A stretch of DNA of 64,000 nt from Candidatus Binatia bacterium (GTDB lineage Bacteria > Desulfobacterota > Binatia > UBA9968 > JAJDTQ01). Positions within the stretch are counted from its first letter, which is position 1, and every line of letters starts with the position of its first letter. The stretch is taken from NCBI GenBank assembly GCA_963666515.2, contig OY762897.2, positions 480,001 to 544,000 of the forward strand, given 5' to 3'. A model generated the notes under the pieces. It had not been told where the DNA came from and did no database searches. It saw only the letters and a program-made list of their open reading frames with translations. Below are positions 26,414 to 36,419 of this stretch, one piece after another. The position numbers were made by a program, and so were the translations under genes.

Positions 26414-27291
26414 AGCACTTCGATTACCTGGAACCCGGCACCGTGGACGAAGCCTGCGGCCTGCTCAAGCAGTACAACGGCAACGCCCGCGTGTTTGCCG
26501 GCGGCAGCTCCCTCACGATCCTGCTCAAGCAGGGTTTCCTGCAGCCCGACGCGCTGATCAACATCAAGAAGATCGACGAGCTGCGGCGCATCGAGGAGTC
26601 CGGCGACGATTTGGTCATCGGCGCGCTGGTGACGCACCACGACATCGAGACGTCGAGCCTGCTGGCCGAGCGCCTGCCGGTGCTGTGCGAGCTGGAGCAC
26701 GACGTGGCCAACATCCGGGTGCGCAACATGGCCACGGTGGGCGGCAACATCGCCTCGGGAGAGCCATTGACCGATCTGCCGTGTGTGTTCATCACCCTGG
26801 ACGCCACGGTGCGCATCGCCAACACCTCGGGCGGCCGTACGCTGCCGCTGGAAGATGTCTTCCTGGACTACTACGAGACGCAGTTGGGAGAGGACGAGGT
26901 GCTGACCCACGTGGTGATCCCGGCGCTGCCGGCCCGCAGCGCCATCGACTACGTCCGCTTCTCCAGCAGCTCGGTGGTGGACAAGCCCTGCATCGGCGTG
27001 GCCGTTCGCATGTCTGTGGAACCGGACGGCGGCGCCTGCCGGGAGGTTCGAATCGGGCTGGGCTGCGTCGCCCCCACGCCCATGCGCGCTCGCAACGCCG
27101 AGGCGGCGCTGGAGGGACAACCGCTAAACGACGAGAACCTGCAGAAGGCGGCCCGCGCCGCCGCCGAAGAATGCGACCCCATGGACGACCTGCGTGGCTC
27201 GGAGCGCTACAAGCGCGAGATGGTGGCGGCGCTGGTGCGGCGGCTCGCGTCCAGGGTGTACGAACAGGCGCGGGACCACGGAAACTCGTAG
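26410..27291 (+). CDS. Mo-hydroxylase FAD-binding subunit (CoxM/XdhB-like)
   Basis: TTG start overlapping the UbiD stop; FAGGSSL, RNMATVGGN, DDLRGSERYK. Confidence 0.88.
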   Translation: MKHFDYLEPGTVDEACGLLKQYNGNARVFAGGSSLTILLKQGFLQPDALINIKKIDELRRIEESGDDLVIGALVTHHDIETSSLLAERLPVLCELEHDVANIRVRNMATVGGNIASGEPLTDLPCVFITLDATVRIANTSGGRTLPLEDVFLDYYETQLGEDEVLTHVVIPALPARSAIDYVRFSSSSVVDKPCIGVAVRMSVEPDGGACREVRIGLGCVAPTPMRARNAEAALEGQPLNDENLQKAARAAAEECDPMDDLRGSERYKREMVAALVRRLASRVYEQARDHGNS

Positions 27292-27337
27292 GGGGCGGGT
27301 AGCTGGGACCGGAAACAGACGGAGAGGATTTCGCGGC

Positions 27338-27799
27338 ATGAAGAAGGCCATCACCATGGAGGTCAACGGCGCGTCCTGCGAGGTGGAGGTGGAGCCTTGG
27401 CGCACGCTGCTGGACGTGGTGCGGGAAGAGCTGGACCTCACTGGCGCGAAGCTCGGCTGTGACATCCAGGTGTGCGGCGCCTGCACGCTCCTGGTGGACG
27501 GCAAGCCGGTGAGCGCCTGCTCTGTGCTGGCGGTGGACGCCGACGGCCGCAAGGTCACCACGGTGGAGGGGCTGGCGGACGGCGACCGTCTGCATCCGCT
27601 GCAGGAGTCGTTCATGAAGTTCGGGGCTTTGCAGTGCGGCTACTGCACTTCCGGGTTCCTGCTCACCGCCAAGGCCATGCTGGACGAGAATCCCCACCCC
27701 GACGACGAACAGATCAAGAGCTACATGGGCGGCAGCTTCTGCCGCTGCGGCTGCTACCAGGAGATCATGCAGGCCATCCGCGGCGTGGCCCAGGGTTAG
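27338..27799 (+). CDS. Mo-hydroxylase 2Fe-2S subunit (CoxS/XdhC-like)
   Basis: GCDIQVCGACT, QCGYC, CRCGCY. Confidence 0.93.
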   Translation: MKKAITMEVNGASCEVEVEPWRTLLDVVREELDLTGAKLGCDIQVCGACTLLVDGKPVSACSVLAVDADGRKVTTVEGLADGDRLHPLQESFMKFGALQCGYCTSGFLLTAKAMLDENPHPDDEQIKSYMGGSFCRCGCYQEIMQAIRGVAQG

Positions 27800-27836
27800 A
27801 GCGCGGGGATGGCGTGATGTTCCAAAGGAGCGTGTC

Positions 27837-30149
27837 ATGGCGATAAGCGAGAGGCCGCTGAGCGCCCAGGACGGACAACGGCTGGACTACCAAGCCAAGC
27901 TCACGGGGCGGGCCGCTTACCTGGCGGACATGAAGATGGCGGGGGTGTGCGAGGGAGCCATCCTGCGCAGCCCGGTGGCGCACGCGTGGATACGCTACGT
28001 GGACGCGTCCGAGGCTCTCAAGGTGCCGGGGGTGGTGGCGGTCTACACCAAGGACGACGTGGTCCAGGGGACCGGCATCGAGCCCTACTACGGGCCGGTG
28101 TTCAAGGACCAGACCATCGTGGCGGTGGACAAGGTGCGGCACGTGGGCGACCCGGTGGCCGCGGTGGCGGCGGAGACCCGGGAAGCAGCCGAGGAGGCTG
28201 CCAATCTCATCGTCGTGGAGTACGAGGACCTGCCGCCGGTGATGGACGTGCGCGACTCGGTGAAGGAGGACGCCACGCTGGTGCACGAGACCGTGCGCAT
28301 ACCGGAGCACGGCTTTGCCGACCTGGCGGAGTTGAAGCCCATCGAGAACACCAACGTCTGCACCCATTTCAAGCTGCGCAAGGGCGACATCGAGCAGGGC
28401 TTCGCGGAGTGCGCCCACGTCTTCGAGGACACCTTCATCCTGCCCACCACACAGCACGTGGCGCTGGAGCCCCACGGCTGTATCGCGGCGTTCCAGCCGG
28501 ACGGGCGCGTGAACCTGTGGTCCACCACTCAGAACCCGTTCGTGGTGCGCACCCAGCTCGCCAACATCTTCAAGATGCCGGTGTCGAAGATACGCATCAT
28601 GGTGCCGTATCTCGGCGGCGGCTACGGCAGCAAGGTCTATCCCAAGATCGAGCCCCTCACCATGGCGCTGGCGCAGAAGGCCAAGCGTCCGGTACGCATC
28701 CTGCTGAGCCGGGAAGAGGTGTTCTACACGGTGACCAAGCACGCCGCGTTCATCCGCATGAAGACCGGGGTCAGGGCCGACGGCAGCTTCCACGCGCGGG
28801 AGGCGGAGGTTTTCCTGGACACCGGCGCCTTCGCGGAGATCGGTCCGCGAGTGGCGAAGAAGTCCGCCTACACCGCGGCCGGGCCCTACAAGTTCAAGCA
28901 CGTGAAGATCGACGCCAAGTCGGTGTACACCAACAAGCCGCCGGCCGGGGCGTTTAGGGGCTTCGGCGTGTCCCAGTCGGCGTGGGCCAGCGAGTCGCAG
29001 ACCGACATCATCGCCAAGGCGCTGGGCCGGGACCCCTACGAGCTGCGGATGCAGAACATCTACGACGAGGGCGACGAGTTCGTCACCGGCGAGAAGCTCT
29101 GGAGCATCGGCGTCAAGGGATGCCTGGAGAAGGTCGCACAGGAGATGAAGTGGGGCGAGCCCATGCCGGCGCCGGACGACCCGTCCAAGGTGCGCGGCAG
29201 GGGGCTGGCGGCGCTCATCAAGGCCACCATTACCCCGTCCATCTCGTGCGCTGCCATCAAGCTCAACGAGGACGGCAGCGTCAACGTGTTCACCAGCACG
29301 GTGGAGATGGGCCAGGGCTCGGACACGGCCATGGCCGCCATCGTGGCGGACACGCTGGGCATACCCCTGGAGCAGGTCTCGGTGCTGGGAGTGGACACGG
29401 ACGTGGTGCCCTACGACCTCACCACCTCGTCGAGCCGCTCCACTTTCCATATGGGCAAGGCCCTGGAGCTGGCGTCCCTGGACCTGTGCGAGCAGCTCCG
29501 CAGGTTCGTCTCCGAGGAGCACGGTGTGCCGTTCGAGGAGACGCGTATGGAGGGCGGCAGGGTCCTTTTCCGCGAGAACGCGCTGACCATCCGCGAGGTG
29601 CTGTTCAACCATTTCGGCATGCAGGGGGGCACGCTGGTGGGCCGGGGCGAGGTGAAGACCAGCACCGTGGACCCGGAGACCGGCGACAAGACCACCTCGT
29701 CCTTCTGGTTCGTGGGCGCCGGCGGCAGCGAAGTGGAGATCGACAAGGACACCGGCCGGCTGCGGGTGCTGAAGCACGCCACCGCGGTGGACGTGGGGCG
29801 GGTCATCACGCCCCTGGGCTGCCAGCAGCAACTCGTGGGCGGGGCCATCACCGGCCTGGGGCAGGCCTTGTTCGAGCAGATGGTGTGGGACAACGGGATA
29901 CTGGTCAACCCCAACCTGGTGGACTACGTGCTGCCGGCCCTGGGCGACATGCCCGACGAGATTACGCCCATCGCGGTGGAGGTGCCGCACAAGAACGGGC
30001 CGTTCGGCGCCAAGGGCATCGGCGAGACCTCGCTCATCCCGGTGGCGCCATCCATCGCCAACGCGGTGGACGACGCCGTGGGCGTGCGCATCAACGACCT
30101 GCCCGTGACCGCGGAGAAGATATTCCTGGGGATGCTCGACAAGTCTTGA
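27837..30149 (+). CDS. Xanthine dehydrogenase family molybdopterin-binding subunit
   Basis: STTQNPF, GGGYGSK, AFRGFG, EMGQG, KGIGE. Confidence 0.93.
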   Translation: MAISERPLSAQDGQRLDYQAKLTGRAAYLADMKMAGVCEGAILRSPVAHAWIRYVDASEALKVPGVVAVYTKDDVVQGTGIEPYYGPVFKDQTIVAVDKVRHVGDPVAAVAAETREAAEEAANLIVVEYEDLPPVMDVRDSVKEDATLVHETVRIPEHGFADLAELKPIENTNVCTHFKLRKGDIEQGFAECAHVFEDTFILPTTQHVALEPHGCIAAFQPDGRVNLWSTTQNPFVVRTQLANIFKMPVSKIRIMVPYLGGGYGSKVYPKIEPLTMALAQKAKRPVRILLSREEVFYTVTKHAAFIRMKTGVRADGSFHAREAEVFLDTGAFAEIGPRVAKKSAYTAAGPYKFKHVKIDAKSVYTNKPPAGAFRGFGVSQSAWASESQTDIIAKALGRDPYELRMQNIYDEGDEFVTGEKLWSIGVKGCLEKVAQEMKWGEPMPAPDDPSKVRGRGLAALIKATITPSISCAAIKLNEDGSVNVFTSTVEMGQGSDTAMAAIVADTLGIPLEQVSVLGVDTDVVPYDLTTSSSRSTFHMGKALELASLDLCEQLRRFVSEEHGVPFEETRMEGGRVLFRENALTIREVLFNHFGMQGGTLVGRGEVKTSTVDPETGDKTTSSFWFVGAGGSEVEIDKDTGRLRVLKHATAVDVGRVITPLGCQQQLVGGAITGLGQALFEQMVWDNGILVNPNLVDYVLPALGDMPDEITPIAVEVPHKNGPFGAKGIGETSLIPVAPSIANAVDDAVGVRINDLPVTAEKIFLGMLDKS

Positions 30150-30217
30150 TACACATTTGTACTAAACCAAACCGACCCTGAGACGAACCAATCGTAGTGG
30201 GGCAAGGAGGAACCAGC

Positions 30218-30988
30218 ATGAAGCTCAAAGACCGTGTGGCGATCATTACCGGATCGGGCCGCAACATCGGCGAGGCCGCCGCCAAGCTGTTCGCCTCGGA
30301 AGGGGCCAAGATATGCATCGTGGACATGGACCCGGGGCGCGGCGAGAAGGTCGTCGGCGACCTCAAGGCCGCCGGCCACGAGGCCATCTACGCCAAGTGC
30401 AACGTCGCCGACACCGAAGACGTGAAGGCCATGGTGAATGCCACGGTGGACGCCTTCGGCGGCATCGACATCCTGGTCAACAACGCCGCCATCACCGACC
30501 ACGAGACCATCTTCAGCATCTCCGAGGAGGAGTGGGACTTGGTCATCGACGTGACCCTCAAGGGGCCGTTCCTGGTGGGGCGGTACGTGGCCGAGCAGAT
30601 GGTCAAGCAGGGCAGGGGTGGCGTCATCGTCAACGTGGCGTCGACGTCGGGCCTCTCCGGCCGCACCGACGCCATCGCCTACATGGCGGCCAAGGGCGGG
30701 GTGGTGAACCTCTCCCGCGGCATGGCGGTGCAGCTCTCTCAGTACAACATCCGGGTCAACTGCCTGACCCCTAACCGTTCGGGCTCGCCCGTGGGCCAGG
30801 ACGAGGGCGCCGAGGGCCGGGAGTTCAAGAACCTGGCGGGACGGCTGGGCACGGCAGAGGACCAGGCCAAGGCCATGCTGTTCCTGGCCAGCGACGACTC
30901 CGGCTTCGTGTGGGGCGAGAACCTCATCTGCGACGGCGGCGTCACCGCGGCCTCGAACTTCCCCAAGGAGCGGCTGCCGGCCAACTGA
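30218..30988 (+). CDS. Short-chain dehydrogenase/reductase
   Basis: TGSGRNIG, NNAA, YMAAK; SD AGGAGG. Confidence 0.92.
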   Translation: MKLKDRVAIITGSGRNIGEAAAKLFASEGAKICIVDMDPGRGEKVVGDLKAAGHEAIYAKCNVADTEDVKAMVNATVDAFGGIDILVNNAAITDHETIFSISEEEWDLVIDVTLKGPFLVGRYVAEQMVKQGRGGVIVNVASTSGLSGRTDAIAYMAAKGGVVNLSRGMAVQLSQYNIRVNCLTPNRSGSPVGQDEGAEGREFKNLAGRLGTAEDQAKAMLFLASDDSGFVWGENLICDGGVTAASNFPKERLPAN

Positions 30989-31077
30989 CCGGCCTCGCGG
31001 TGGATGTGGAGCGGCTGCCGGGGTCGGCGGAGCCGCGCGCGTATCGGCGAAAGTGCGCAGCTTCATTGCGACATCTC

Positions 31078-31107
31078 TTGACATCCGTTCGCGGCTTCGC
31101 ATAGTGT
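31078..31107 (+). promoter_or_regulatory. Sigma70-like promoter for the TRAP cluster
   Basis: TTGACA-N18-TAGTGT. Confidence 0.55.
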
Positions 31108-31166
31108 CGGCGGCGAAACACTCACCGTGTCAGGGTACAGGCCACTGACAACAGAAGGGGGAGGCC

Positions 31167-32201
31167 ATGAAAGCAATATTTGGATCGTTGACGATCTTTG
31201 TGATGGCGGCGTTCGTGCTCGTGACGGGAGCGGCAGTTCCGCAGGACGCCGAAGCCAAGATCATCCTCAAGATCCCGACCCAGTCCGCCCGCCCGGGAAC
31301 CCCGCGCGCCGACTATCTCGTGCGCTTCGAGAAGGGCGTGGAGAAACGGACCAACGGCGCGATCGACGTCCAGATCTTCTGGGCCAACTCCCTAGTGCAC
31401 GCCAAGGAAGCCCTGGAAGCGGTGCAGTTGGGGACGGCGGACATGGCCGATCTGGCGGTCGGGTATTTTTCCGACAAGATCCGGCTGCTTCAGGTTGCGG
31501 GCCTGCCCTTTTCCGTCGCTGATCCAGTGGAGTCATGGCAAGGCATAGAGCGCGTCCTCAAGCAGGTTCCGGAGGCGCGCGCCGAGTTGACGAAGTTCGG
31601 CCACGTCATCGTGGGCATGGCCGCCACGGCGAGCTACCAGCTCGTGGCCCACGATCCTATCACCAACCTGGCGGAGCTCAAGGGCAAGAAGGTCGGCACC
31701 TTCGGCCGCATCGCGCCAAAGGCCATCAAGGCAGGGGGCGGGATTCCGGTGAGCACCACCGGCGGCGAGATGTACGAGGCGTTGCAGCGCAAGACCATCG
31801 ACGCGCGCATCCTCTCCTTCGAGGCGGCCCAGCGGTTCAAGACCTACGAGGTGGCCAAGTACATGAGCCGCATCGAGATGGGCTGCATCGCCGGCGTCAC
31901 CATGTTCACCATCAACCAGAGAAAGTGGGACGGTCTCTCGAAGGAGCACCAGAAGATCATTCTGGACGAGGCCGACAAGGCCGGCAGGTGGGAAGCCCAG
32001 GCGATGAAGGACGACGACCTCAAGTTCCAGAAGTACCTGAAGGACAAGGGCGTCATCATCGTCGATTTCTCGGCTGAGGACCGGGAGAAGTGGAAGAACA
32101 GCCCGGGCGTCCAGAAGATCGCCGGTGACTGGGTGGCGAGCATGGACAAGCTGGGCCTGCCCGGCAAGAGGACCCTCGCGGCATTCCTGGGCAAGGAGTA
32201 A
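31167..32201 (+). CDS. dctP: TRAP transporter solute-binding protein, copy 1
   Basis: Signal peptide, KRTNGAIDVQIF, EMYEALQRKTID, KWDGLSKEHQ. Confidence 0.9.
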   Translation: MKAIFGSLTIFVMAAFVLVTGAAVPQDAEAKIILKIPTQSARPGTPRADYLVRFEKGVEKRTNGAIDVQIFWANSLVHAKEALEAVQLGTADMADLAVGYFSDKIRLLQVAGLPFSVADPVESWQGIERVLKQVPEARAELTKFGHVIVGMAATASYQLVAHDPITNLAELKGKKVGTFGRIAPKAIKAGGGIPVSTTGGEMYEALQRKTIDARILSFEAAQRFKTYEVAKYMSRIEMGCIAGVTMFTINQRKWDGLSKEHQKIILDEADKAGRWEAQAMKDDDLKFQKYLKDKGVIIVDFSAEDREKWKNSPGVQKIAGDWVASMDKLGLPGKRTLAAFLGKE

Positions 32202-32244
32202 GTAGTCTGCGTGCGGGTTACACAAGCGGTACGGGAGGGACGCC

Positions 32245-33312
32245 GTGTCCTATGAGGACTATTCCGTAGTGGATTGCGACGGCCACGTGGTGGAGTGGAT
32301 CCCCGACATGGCCGAGTACATGAGCGACCGCATCAGGATGCAGGCCACCAACCCGGCCCGGGACCGCCAGGGGGTGTTCCCCTCCATCGACGGAATGCAT
32401 TTCGCTCTCCACGCTGGCACCACCGGCAACGAGCGGGTCACCGCCAGCGAATACATGCCGGGGAGCGGCGAGGACTGGGTCGCGTTCCTCGAGCAGGCCG
32501 GCATCGACAAAACCGTCCTGTTCACCACCGAAGGGCTCTCCGTGGGCCTCATCCAGATACCCCGTTACGCGGTGGAGGTCTGCCAGGCCTACAACGACTA
32601 CATCCACGAGAAGTTCGCCAAGGTGAGCGACCGGCTGCGGCCGGTGGCGCTCCTGCCCATGCAGGACGTCCCGGAGGCCGTGAAGGAGCTGCGCCGGGCG
32701 GTGGAAAAGCTGGGCTTCGTCGGCGGCATGCTGCCGTCCACGGGACTGCCGCTGCACCTCGGCCACCAGAGCTACTGGCCGGTCTACGCGGAAGCCGAGC
32801 GCCTGGGGGTGCCCATCGCCATTCACGGCGGCTCCAACCTGGGCATGGGAATGGACACGTTCACGAACTTCACGGGTTCTCACGTCCTCCATCATTCCAT
32901 TCCGTTGATGATCGCTCTCGTGTCGTTCATCTACCACGGCGTGTTCGACGCGCACCCGAAGCTTCGCGCCGCGTTCATGGAGGGAGGCTGCGGCTGGCTC
33001 GATTTCCTCATCGATCGCATGGTGCGCGACGAGAACTACTTCGACGCCGCGGACCAGCCCAAGATGCGGCCGGTGGAATATCTCAAGGGCGGCCGCATCC
33101 TGCTGGGCTGCGAGGGCAGCGAGGAGACCCTGGCGTACGTGGCGAGCCGGGTGGGCATCGAGGCCTTCGCCTACGCCTCCGACTACCCGCACGAGGTGGA
33201 CCTGCCGGCGGCGAAGCACGAGATCGAGGAAGTCGTGGAACGCGACGACATGTCCCGTGAGGACAAGCAGGCGGTGTTGGGCGACAACGCGAAGCGGTTC
33301 TTCAACCTGTGA
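32245..33312 (+). CDS. Amidohydrolase-2 family protein
   Basis: DCDGHVVE, AIHGG, MEGG, SDYPHE. Confidence 0.9.
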   Translation: MSYEDYSVVDCDGHVVEWIPDMAEYMSDRIRMQATNPARDRQGVFPSIDGMHFALHAGTTGNERVTASEYMPGSGEDWVAFLEQAGIDKTVLFTTEGLSVGLIQIPRYAVEVCQAYNDYIHEKFAKVSDRLRPVALLPMQDVPEAVKELRRAVEKLGFVGGMLPSTGLPLHLGHQSYWPVYAEAERLGVPIAIHGGSNLGMGMDTFTNFTGSHVLHHSIPLMIALVSFIYHGVFDAHPKLRAAFMEGGCGWLDFLIDRMVRDENYFDAADQPKMRPVEYLKGGRILLGCEGSEETLAYVASRVGIEAFAYASDYPHEVDLPAAKHEIEEVVERDDMSREDKQAVLGDNAKRFFNL

Positions 33313-33404
33313 GTAGGCCGGGGTACGTGACCCGGATGACGTTGGGCCATGACGCATTGGCGCGTCACGGCAAGGTCTGTATGAAAGGTAAGAAAGGGGA
33401 AAGC

Positions 33405-34436
33405 ATGAAGGCAGTATCGAAATCGTTGGTGGTCTTCCTCATGGCTGGCGTGCTGTGCGTTGCCGGGCTGGCGACGCCGCAAGACGCGCAATCCAAGATC
33501 ATCCTCAAGGTAGCGACGCAGTCCGCGCGCCCGGGAACCCCGCGCGCCGACTACCTGGTGCATTTCAAGAACGGCGTGGCCAAGCGGACCAACGGCGAGA
33601 TCGAGGTCCAGATATTCTGGGCCAACTCGCTGGTGCACGCCAAGGAGGCCCTGGAGGCCGTGCAGTTGGGCACCTCCGACATGGCCGACTTGGCCATCGG
33701 CTATTTTTCCGACAAGATCCGGCTGCTGCAGGTGGCCGGGCTGCCCTTCGCCGTGAGTGATCCGGTGCAGTCGCGCGACGGCGGCATGCGCGTGCTCGCG
33801 CAGATCCCGGAGGCCAGCGCGGAGTTGGCCAAGTTCGGCCACGTGGTGGTGGGCATGACCGCCACCGCGAGCTATCAGCTCGTGGCCCACTATCCCATCA
33901 CCAACCTGGCGGAGCTCAAGGGCAAGAAGGTCGGCACCTTCGGCCGCATCGCCCCCAAGGCCATCAAGGCGGGCGGCGGGATCCCGGTGAGCACCACCGG
34001 CGGCGAGATGTACGAGGCGCTGCAGCGCAAGACCATCGACGCGCGCATCCTCTCCTTCGAGGCGGCCCAGCGGTTCAAGACCTACGAAGTGGCCAAGTAC
34101 ATGAGCAAGATCGAGATGGGCTGCATCGCCGGCGTCAACACCTTCACCATCAACAAGAGGAAGTGGGACTCCCTGTCGAAGGAGCACCAGAAGATCCTCC
34201 TGGAAGAGGGCGAGAAGGTCGGCAAGTGGGAAGCCCAGGCCATGAAGGACGACGACGTCAAGTTCCAGAAGTACCTGACGGGCAAGGGCGTCAAGATCGT
34301 CGACTTCTCGGCCGCGGATCGGGAGAAGTGGAAGAACAGCCCTGGCGTCCAGAAGATCGCCGGCGACTGGGTGGCCAGCATGGACAAGCTGGGCCTGCCC
34401 GGCAAGAAGACCCTGGCCGTTTTCCGCGGCGAATAG
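33405..34436 (+). CDS. dctP: TRAP transporter solute-binding protein, copy 2
   Basis: Near-identical mature region to 31167..32201; ATG 33405 after GGGGA. Confidence 0.9.
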   Translation: MKAVSKSLVVFLMAGVLCVAGLATPQDAQSKIILKVATQSARPGTPRADYLVHFKNGVAKRTNGEIEVQIFWANSLVHAKEALEAVQLGTSDMADLAIGYFSDKIRLLQVAGLPFAVSDPVQSRDGGMRVLAQIPEASAELAKFGHVVVGMTATASYQLVAHYPITNLAELKGKKVGTFGRIAPKAIKAGGGIPVSTTGGEMYEALQRKTIDARILSFEAAQRFKTYEVAKYMSKIEMGCIAGVNTFTINKRKWDSLSKEHQKILLEEGEKVGKWEAQAMKDDDVKFQKYLTGKGVKIVDFSAADREKWKNSPGVQKIAGDWVASMDKLGLPGKKTLAVFRGE

Positions 34437-34481
34437 CATTGGTCATGGAACGGGGGTAAACCCCTTTCACAAAACGCGGCT

Positions 34482-34509
34482 GCGGGGGCGGCGGTGATGC
34501 CGTCCCCGC
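34482..34509 (+). terminator. GC-rich hairpin between dctP and dctQ
   Basis: GCGGGGGCGGC-GGTGAT-GCCGTCCCCGC. Confidence 0.45.
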
Positions 34510-34533
34510 GCACCGTCACGGGGTCAGTCTGTC

Positions 34534-35082
34534 TTGGAAGAACCTAAGAAAACTCTTGAATCCGCCGTAACCCCGGGGTTTGCGGCGCCGGAAGGCGACC
34601 ACACCTGGATGACCCGGTTCATGACCTTCCTGAACGAGATCAGCGGCTACGTCCTGTTCTTCATGATGCTGCTGATCACGGTGGACGTCACCGGGCGCTA
34701 CGTGTTTTCGAGTCCCATCCCCGGGACGCTGGAGTTCACCGAGTTCCTCATCGTGTTCGTGGTGTTCTTCAGCTTGGCGTACGTCCAGCTCACCAAGCGG
34801 CACATCTGCGTGGAGTTGGTGACGCAGCGGCTGCCCGGGAAGGTCGGGGACGGACTCGCGGTGTTCGTCCTGCTGATCGCGGCGGTGTTTTTCGTGCTCA
34901 TGGCCTGGCAGTCGTGGCATGCCGGTCTTTCCGCTCTGGAATATCGCGAGGCGTCCGACGGGCTGGTGCAGATTCCGGTCTACCCGCCCAAGCTGGCCAT
35001 CCCCTTCGGCGCAGCCCTTATCGCCATTCAAATGTTGAGAGACGCCTGGAAGCGGTTTCGGAGTCTCATAACCCCGGGGTAG
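34534..35082 (+). CDS. dctQ: TRAP small permease
   Basis: Four TM helices, DVTGRYVFSSPI, HICVEL. Confidence 0.88.
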   Translation: MEEPKKTLESAVTPGFAAPEGDHTWMTRFMTFLNEISGYVLFFMMLLITVDVTGRYVFSSPIPGTLEFTEFLIVFVVFFSLAYVQLTKRHICVELVTQRLPGKVGDGLAVFVLLIAAVFFVLMAWQSWHAGLSALEYREASDGLVQIPVYPPKLAIPFGAALIAIQMLRDAWKRFRSLITPG

Positions 35083-35089
35083 ACATCAC

Positions 35090-36403
35090 ATGGACCCAAC
35101 CTTCCTGGCGATCCTCAGCGTCTTTCTTCTGATCTTCCTGCTCCTGTGCGGCCTTCACGTGGCCGTCTCGCTGGGGCTGGTCGGGGTGTTGGGCTTCGTC
35201 ATGCTCACCGACAGTTGGGCCGCCGGCATCGGGCTTTTACGGACGACCCCGTACAAGGTGGTGGCGAACTTCACGTTCTTCGCCATCCCCGTCTTCATCC
35301 TGATGGGGCAGTTCGCCAACTACGGCGGCTTGAGCGCGGACATCTACTCGGTGGTGCACAAGTGGCTGGGGCGGGTCCGCGGCGGCCTCGCCATGGCCAC
35401 CACGGCCAGTTGCGCCGCGTTTGCCGCGGCCTGCGGCTCCAGCGTGGCCACCGCCGCCACCTTCACCCAGGTGGCCCTGCCGGAGATGACCAAGTACGGC
35501 TACGACAAGCGGCTTGCCACCGGCGCCATCGCGGCTTCCGGGACCCTGGGAGCGCTGATCCCTCCCAGCGGTCTCATGATCATCTACGGGATCATTACGG
35601 AGCAGTCCATCGGCAAGCTGCTGATCGCCGGCGCCATTCCGGGAGTCCTCTCGGCGCTCATCTACATGGGCATGATCTCCTGCTGGGTGCGGCTCCAGCC
35701 CGAAATCGCTCCCATCATCGAGGAAAGGCCGCCGTTGCGGGAGAAGCTCCTGTCCCTGTACAGGGTGTGGGGCATCGTCACGCTCTCCATCGTCGTCATG
35801 GGCGCCATCTACCTGGGCATCGCCACCCCCACCGAGGCGGGGGCCTTCGGCGCCTTCGGCGCGTTCGTGATCATGATCGCCAAGGGCGCTTTCTCGCGTG
35901 AGAAGCTCCGCAACACCGTGCTGGACACCGCCACCTCCACCACGATGCTCTTCACCATCATCATCGGCGCCTACATCTTCAGCCGCTTCCTGGCCATCAC
36001 CAACGTCGGCCCGCGGTTGGCGGACTACTTGGTGAGCTCCGGCATGCCGCGCCACCTGGTCCTGACCGGCTTCCTGCTGCTCTACGTGTTCCTGGGCATG
36101 TTCATGGACCCGGCCGCGATGATGGCCATCACCCTGCCCATCGTCTTTCCCATCGTCATCCAGATGGGCTTCAGCGGCATCTGGTTCGGCGTGCTGGTGA
36201 TCAAGACCTCCGAGATCGGCCTCATCACCCCGCCGGTGGGCATGAACGTCTACACCGTGAACGCCGCCGCCCACGGCATGGTGCGCCTCGAGGAGATATT
36301 CAAGGGCATCCTGCCGTTCTTCCTGATGGACGTGTTCACCCTGGTCATCCTGGTGGCCTTCCCGCAGATCTCGCTGTGGTTGCCGGACAGGATGCTGGGG
36401 TAA
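35090..36403 (+). CDS. dctM: TRAP large permease
   Basis: AIPVFILMG, GSSVATAA, GTLGALIPPS, TPTEAG, ITPPVGMN. Confidence 0.95.
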   Translation: MDPTFLAILSVFLLIFLLLCGLHVAVSLGLVGVLGFVMLTDSWAAGIGLLRTTPYKVVANFTFFAIPVFILMGQFANYGGLSADIYSVVHKWLGRVRGGLAMATTASCAAFAAACGSSVATAATFTQVALPEMTKYGYDKRLATGAIAASGTLGALIPPSGLMIIYGIITEQSIGKLLIAGAIPGVLSALIYMGMISCWVRLQPEIAPIIEERPPLREKLLSLYRVWGIVTLSIVVMGAIYLGIATPTEAGAFGAFGAFVIMIAKGAFSREKLRNTVLDTATSTTMLFTIIIGAYIFSRFLAITNVGPRLADYLVSSGMPRHLVLTGFLLLYVFLGMFMDPAAMMAITLPIVFPIVIQMGFSGIWFGVLVIKTSEIGLITPPVGMNVYTVNAAAHGMVRLEEIFKGILPFFLMDVFTLVILVAFPQISLWLPDRMLG

Positions 36404-36419
36404 GAGCCACATAGTCGGG

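Noticed and set aside
26410-30149. Aerobic CO dehydrogenase (coxMSL)
   Set aside because: The active-site loop is AFRGFG, not AYxCSFR (form I) or AYRGAGR (form II). The other two large subunits also lack these loops.
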